Assembly: GCA_963810165.1 (NCBI GenBank)
Contig: CAWEMG010000017.1
Location: 7,229 to 71,228, forward strand
Length of the DNA stretch: 64,000 nt
DNA from: an uncultured Gemmatimonadales bacterium
GTDB lineage: Bacteria; Gemmatimonadota; Gemmatimonadetes; Gemmatimonadales; GWC2-71-9
Direction of reading: 5' to 3'
The notes below the pieces were generated by a model. The model was not told the origin of the DNA and did not search any database. It was given only the letters and a program-made list of their open reading frames with translations. Positions 59,916-64,000 of this stretch are shown piece after piece (the first letter of the stretch is position 1; each line of letters begins with the position of its first letter). Both the position numbers and the translations under genes were made by a program.

Positions 59916-61092
59916 AGAGCCTTCGTTGGCTCACGGAGGCGTCTGTCAGCTCGGGCGCATTCAGTCTCCGGGTCCCCAGTTGCACTGTTTGCGCCTCGGG
60001 TAGCTCCTCCCCCGCAATCCCCAGATCTCTGAACCGTCGGGCGGAGACCAGCACCCTTCCTTCCAGCGACCCGATCGCGTCGTTGTAGCTGTCCACCGTT
60101 CTGACCAGCGACTTCCGCAGGTCCTCGAAGTGCCCGGCCATGTGGCCCAGCCGCTCGTACAGCTCCCGTCCCAGCCGGCTGATGTCCTGCGCGTTGCGGG
60201 CGATGCTCTCCTGCCGCCAGCCATAGGCGATGGCGCGAAGCAGTGCGATGAGGGTGGTAGGGCTGGCGGGAATCACCTGCTCGCCCACGCCGAACTCGAT
60301 CAGCGAAGCGTCGTGCTCGCAGGCGGCGCTGAAGAAGGTCTCGCCCGGCAGGAACATCACCACGAAATCGGGCGCGGGCTGAAACTGGTTCCAGTAGGCC
60401 TTCGCACCCAGCTTGCTCATGTGGTCCCGCACCTGGCGGGCGTGCTTCTTCAGCAGCAGCTCGCGCGCGCCGTCGTCGCCGTTGCAGTCGGTCGCGTCGA
60501 GATATGCCGACAGCGGGGACTTGGCGTCCACCACGATGGTCTTGTCGCCGGGGAGGCGGATGATCAGGTCGGGCTGAAGTCGCCCGTCCTCCGACTCCAC
60601 TCGGGCCTGCTCCAGGAAGTCGCAGTAGTCCAGCATCCCTGCCAGCTCCACCACTCGCCGCAGCTGGATCTCGCCCCAGCGCCCCCGCACCTGCGGCGCC
60701 CGCAGCGCCTTCACCAGATTGCCGGTTTCGGCCTGGAGCGCCTGCTGGCTGCGAGCCATCGCCTTCACCTGCTCCAGTAAGCCGGAGTAGTGGGAGACGC
60801 GGTCCTTCTCCACCTGCTGCAGCTTGACGTCCACTCGGGCGATGGCGTCGTGGATCGGCCGCACCAGGTCGCCCACCGCCTTCTGGCGCCGCTCCAGGTC
60901 GAACGAGGCGGACTGCTGGAAGGCGCCCAGCTTGGTCTGCGCCAGGTCGAGAAACGACTGGTTGTTCTGCCGCAGCGCCTCGGCGGAGAGGGAGGCGAAC
61001 GCATCCCTGAGCCTGCGTTCATTGAGCCAAACCATCAGGCCGCCGGCGGCGGCTCCTATGATCAGTCCGAGCAGCAGGGTCGCGATATTCAT
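59875..61092 (-). CDS. rmuC: DNA recombination protein RmuC
   Basis: N-terminal TM, coiled coil, RGRWGEIQLRRVVE, IVVDAKSPL and DFVVMFLPGE nuclease-like core. The last about 15 codons (..[16 protein letters not shown]) are read from the repeat element. Confidence 0.9.
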   Translation of the reverse strand: MNIATLLLGLIIGAAAGGLMVWLNERRLRDAFASLSAEALRQNNQSFLDLAQTKLGAFQQSASFDLERRQKAVGDLVRPIHDAIARVDVKLQQVEKDRVSHYSGLLEQVKAMARSQQALQAETGNLVKALRAPQVRGRWGEIQLRRVVELAGMLDYCDFLEQARVESEDGRLQPDLIIRLPGDKTIVVDAKSPLSAYLDATDCNGDDGARELLLKKHARQVRDHMSKLGAKAYWNQFQPAPDFVVMFLPGETFFSAACEHDASLIEFGVGEQVIPASPTTLIALLRAIAYGWRQESIARNAQDISRLGRELYERLGHMAGHFEDLRKSLVRTVDSYNDAIGSLEGRVLVSARRFRDLGIAGEELPEAQTVQLGTRRLNAPELTDASVSQRRLCHPTRRDPSLRSG

Positions 61093-61133
61093 CGGCTTTT
61101 CCGGTGAGACGGGAGGGGGTGTCTAAGGATAGC

Positions 61134-61167
61134 TGTCATCCTGAGCGTGGCGAAGGGCTCAGGATGA
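61134..61167. repeat. short form of the GTCATCCTGAGC palindrome
   Basis: GTCATCCTGAGC-gtggcgaagg-GCTCAGGATGAC, a perfect 12-bp stem, in the divergent rmuC / membrane-protein promoter region. Confidence 0.75.
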
Positions 61168-61225
61168 CAACACCTCGATCTGACAGTACCTTATCCGGCG
61201 TCCCATCCCACAACTCGGAGGCTCC

Positions 61226-61786
61226 ATGGTCGACGTACACGATCTCTGGCTCCCCATCCTGGTCTCGTCGGTCCTGGTCTTCCTCGTCAGCGCCATCATC
61301 CACATGGTGCTCAAGTATCACAACAAGGACTTTACCCGGCTTCCCAACGAGGATGCGGTGCGGGCCGCCATGCGGGCCGGCAGCCCCGCGCCGGGTCAGT
61401 ACGTGATTCCGTATTGCACCGAGATGAAGGACATGGAAAAGCCGGAGATGAAGCAGAAGTACACCGAGGGACCGGTCGCCGTGATCACCGTCCTGCCGAC
61501 CGGCATTCCGAATATGGGCAAGAACCTTTCCCAGTGGTTCGCCTTTCTGCTCGTGGCCTCTCTCTTCATCGCGTATGTCGCTGAGCATTCCCTCGCGCGC
61601 GACGCAACCTACCTCCAGGTCTTCCGCAACGTGGGAGCGGTCGGCTTCATGGTCTATGGATTGGGGCAGGTCCCCAACTCGATCTGGTGGGGCAAGCCGT
61701 GGAAGAACACCGCGAAGGATCTGCTCGACGGACTGGTCTACGGCCTGGTAACTGCGGGAACGTTTGGATGGCTATGGCCTAACTAA
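61226..61786 (+). CDS. hypothetical integral membrane protein
   Basis: 186 codons with 4 predicted TM helices. No known motif. Confidence 0.5.
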   Translation: MVDVHDLWLPILVSSVLVFLVSAIIHMVLKYHNKDFTRLPNEDAVRAAMRAGSPAPGQYVIPYCTEMKDMEKPEMKQKYTEGPVAVITVLPTGIPNMGKNLSQWFAFLLVASLFIAYVAEHSLARDATYLQVFRNVGAVGFMVYGLGQVPNSIWWGKPWKNTAKDLLDGLVYGLVTAGTFGWLWPN

Positions 61787-61821
61787 GCGGGGCAGGGGGG
61801 CGGCGGGGAGGGAAAGTCGCT

Positions 61822-61890
61822 GTCATCCTGAACGAAGTGAAGGATCTCTCGATTGCACGCCGAGGGATCCTTCGCTGCGCTCAGGATGAC
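61822..61890. repeat. GTCATCCTGAGC-type palindromic element
   Basis: gtcatcctgaacgaagtgaaggatc ... gatccttcgctgcgctcaggatgac, between convergent genes. Confidence 0.75.
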
Positions 61891-61927
61891 ATCTAGCCGC
61901 TCACACGTCCCGCGCCCTTTGCCGCTG

Positions 61928-63376
61928 CTAGTTGGATGAGGGTGAACTGCCGCCCAAGGCTTTGTACAGCGCCGCGTACGCGGTCGCTGCATCGGTACGT
62001 CCCTGCGCCAGTTGATCCTGGGCCTCGAGGAGAGTGCGCTCCGCGTCCAGCACCTCCAGGAAATCGGCTACCCCACCCGAGAACCGGGCGCGCGCCAGCT
62101 GCGCCGCCCGCTCGCTGGCTGAGGCTGCGTCCTCGATCCGATCCACCCGGGCGCGGGAGGTCCGGTATCGCGACAAGGACGTCTCCACATCCTGAAGCGC
62201 CAGCAGCACCGTCTGGTCATACTGGGCCCGCGCCTCGGCTTCGCGGGCCTGTGACTGGTCTACCCGCGCCTTTACCCGGCCCAGGTTGAGCGCCGGCCAC
62301 GAGATGACGGGTCCAACCGCGTAGCGGAACGTTCCCTCCTCCCCCAGTGCGTCGAAGGCCAAAGAGGTGTAGCCGAAGCTTCCGCCCAGGTTGATCCGGG
62401 GCAGGTAGTCCGCCTTGGCGGCACCCACCAGTGCCCGCTCGACCGCGAGTCGGCGCTCCGCGGCGGCGACGTCGGGTCTCCTGAGAATCACCGAATCGGC
62501 GCGAGCCAGCGTCCCGATGGGCGGGAGCTCCGGCAGCGTGTCGAGAGCAGCCAGCTCCGCGGCAACGGTCGCCGGCGGGCGGCCCACCAGGACGCCGATC
62601 TGGTACTGCGCCTGAGCTACCCGGGATTCCAGCAGCGGAACAGTCGCGAGGGTAAAGCTGAGCTGGGCCTGCGCGCGCTCGGTGTCGAATGCCGTGCCCC
62701 GGCCCGCCTGCAGCCGTTGCCGGGTCACCTCCAGCGTACGCTGCTGGTTCTCCGCATTCCGCTGGGCCACCGAAAGCTGCTCCTGCGATCCGCGCAGGTC
62801 GAAGTAGGCCCGCGCCAGCTCGGCGGTGAGCGAGACCTGAACATCGCGCAGCCCTTGCTGTGCTACCTCCACAAATGCGCTTTGCGCCCGAACGTTCCGG
62901 CGGACGCGGCCGAACAGATCCAGCTCCCAGGAAGCATCGAATCCGGCATCCCAGATGTTCTGGTCCGGAAACGCGGGTCCTGCGACGGGAAAGGCCGCGC
63001 TGGAGATCTGCTGCCGGGTGTAACCGCCGGCGACGGTGACGGTCGGCGCAAGGTCCAATGCCACCTCGGTCTTGGCCGAGCGGGCCCCGAGCACGCGCGC
63101 TTCAGCCGCCCGGACGTCGAGATTGGCACTAATCACTTCGCGGATGAGCCGGGTCAGCGTAGTGTCGCCCAGCCCGAGCCAGGCAGCCTCGACCGGAAGC
63201 AACGTGTCCGTGGCCTTCGCTCCGCTGACCGCTGCGGGAGGCACACTATCCGGCGTCTCGCGGAACGTCGCCGGGACGGCCACCTCCGGGGCGCGGTAGG
63301 CCGGGGCGGCACAGCCGACAAACAGCAACGAGAGCAGGACCACCGCCGCGTTATACATGTTTGGCATCCTTGTCAT
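61928..63376 (-). CDS. RND efflux outer-membrane factor lipoprotein (NodT/TolC family)
   Basis: Lipobox LLFVGCA; two TolC-type repeat halves; typical NodT length (482 aa). Confidence 0.9.
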   Translation of the reverse strand: MTRMPNMYNAAVVLLSLLFVGCAAPAYRAPEVAVPATFRETPDSVPPAAVSGAKATDTLLPVEAAWLGLGDTTLTRLIREVISANLDVRAAEARVLGARSAKTEVALDLAPTVTVAGGYTRQQISSAAFPVAGPAFPDQNIWDAGFDASWELDLFGRVRRNVRAQSAFVEVAQQGLRDVQVSLTAELARAYFDLRGSQEQLSVAQRNAENQQRTLEVTRQRLQAGRGTAFDTERAQAQLSFTLATVPLLESRVAQAQYQIGVLVGRPPATVAAELAALDTLPELPPIGTLARADSVILRRPDVAAAERRLAVERALVGAAKADYLPRINLGGSFGYTSLAFDALGEEGTFRYAVGPVISWPALNLGRVKARVDQSQAREAEARAQYDQTVLLALQDVETSLSRYRTSRARVDRIEDAASASERAAQLARARFSGGVADFLEVLDAERTLLEAQDQLAQGRTDAATAYAALYKALGGSSPSSN

Positions 63377-64000
63377 GAGCCGGCTCGAGCGCGAACTGTT
63401 GCGCCGCCGGTGCCATCCGGTCGACCAGCCCTTGAATCACCACGTAGAACACCGGCGTCAGCACCAGCCCGAAGAAGGTGACGCCGAGCATTCCGGCGAA
63501 CACCGCCACACCCATGGCGTGCCGCATCTCGGCGCCGGCCCCGCTGGAGAACACCAGCGGCAGCACGCCCATAATGAAGGCGAGGGACGTCATCAGGATA
63601 GGGCGGAGCCGGATCCGGCAGGCTTCCAGCGCGGCTTCGACCCGGGACTTGCCCTGGAGGTGAAGCTCGCGGGCAAACTCAACGATCAGGATCGCGTTCT
63701 TACACGCCAGCCCGATAAGAACCAGGAAGCCAATCTGGGTGAAGATGTTGTTGTCGCCCTTGGTAAGCCACACGCCGGCGATGGCGCACAGCAGCGACAT
63801 CGGGACGATGAGGATGACCGCGAGCGGCAGCGACCAGCTCTCGTACTGGGCCGCGAGCACCAAAAAGACCAGCAGGACGCACAACGGGAAAATGAAGACC
63901 GCCGTGTTGCCGGACAGCTTCTGCTGGTAGGTCAGGTCGGTCCACTCGTAGCCGATCCCATTCGGCAGCACGTCGCGCATGATGCCTTCGATGGTCTGCT
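63351..64000 (-). CDS. RND (HAE1/AcrB-type) efflux permease, C-terminal part (5' end beyond window)
   Basis: AAQYESWSLPLAVILIVPMSL, FTQIGFLVLIGLACKNAILIVEFA, RLRPILMTSLAFIMGVLPLV. Confidence 0.9.
   Translation of the reverse strand, partial: QTIEGIMRDVLPNGIGYEWTDLTYQQKLSGNTAVFIFPLCVLLVFLVLAAQYESWSLPLAVILIVPMSLLCAIAGVWLTKGDNNIFTQIGFLVLIGLACKNAILIVEFARELHLQGKSRVEAALEACRIRLRPILMTSLAFIMGVLPLVFSSGAGAEMRHAMGVAVFAGMLGVTFFGLVLTPVFYVVIQGLVDRMAPAAQQFALEPAHDKDAKHV

Noticed and set aside
1-64000. Programmed ribosomal frameshifting as the explanation for the frame breaks
   Set aside because: There are no slippery heptamers or downstream pseudoknot-type structures at the sites I examined. The breaks affect unrelated genes and go in both directions.

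Overview
High-GC (about two-thirds G+C by eye) chromosomal segment of a Gram-negative-type bacterium. The lineage cannot be fixed from sequence alone. PEGA-domain Ser/Thr kinases and the GTCATCCTGAGC palindromic repeat suggest a soil lineage such as Gemmatimonadota or Acidobacteriota, at low confidence. No rRNA, tRNA, CRISPR array, transposase or integrase was seen.

Content:
- Housekeeping: efp, rpsU, cspA, msrB, a sigma-70 factor, alaX.
- Envelope: class A PBP, PBP4, lytic transglycosylase, NlpC/P60, PLD/cardiolipin-synthase-like protein, RND efflux pump plus NodT outer-membrane factor.
- An unusually rich DNA-repair set: nfo, a UdgX-type glycosylase, Ku, an ATP-dependent ligase, a UvrD helicase with a nested DEDDh exonuclease, a full-length Lhr, rmuC.
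- A stress-protein island: DUF3618, holin-X-like and YciE-like genes.
- A bacterial dynamin-like GTPase.
- Two tandem zinc-ribbon/kinase/PEGA genes upstream of an 876-aa coiled-coil protein.

Three window-wide themes:
1. At least 40 reading-frame breaks occur in about 23 otherwise intact genes, including rpsU. Most are probably assembly indels, but they are unevenly distributed.
2. A GTCATCCTGAGC...GCTCAGGATGAC palindromic element family has at least 6 copies, one of them inside lhr.
3. A second class of hairpins has arms built from short tandem repeats, with a different repeat unit in each copy. Two or three of these also sit inside lhr.

The best candidate for an undescribed system is the Ku/ligase locus. 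There the ligase is translationally chained to a COG3571-type hydrolase and the helicase-exonuclease, and no LigD polymerase or phosphoesterase domain is visible.

All calls rest on motif recognition by eye. No database search was possible. Coordinates of frame breaks and repeat boundaries are approximate.
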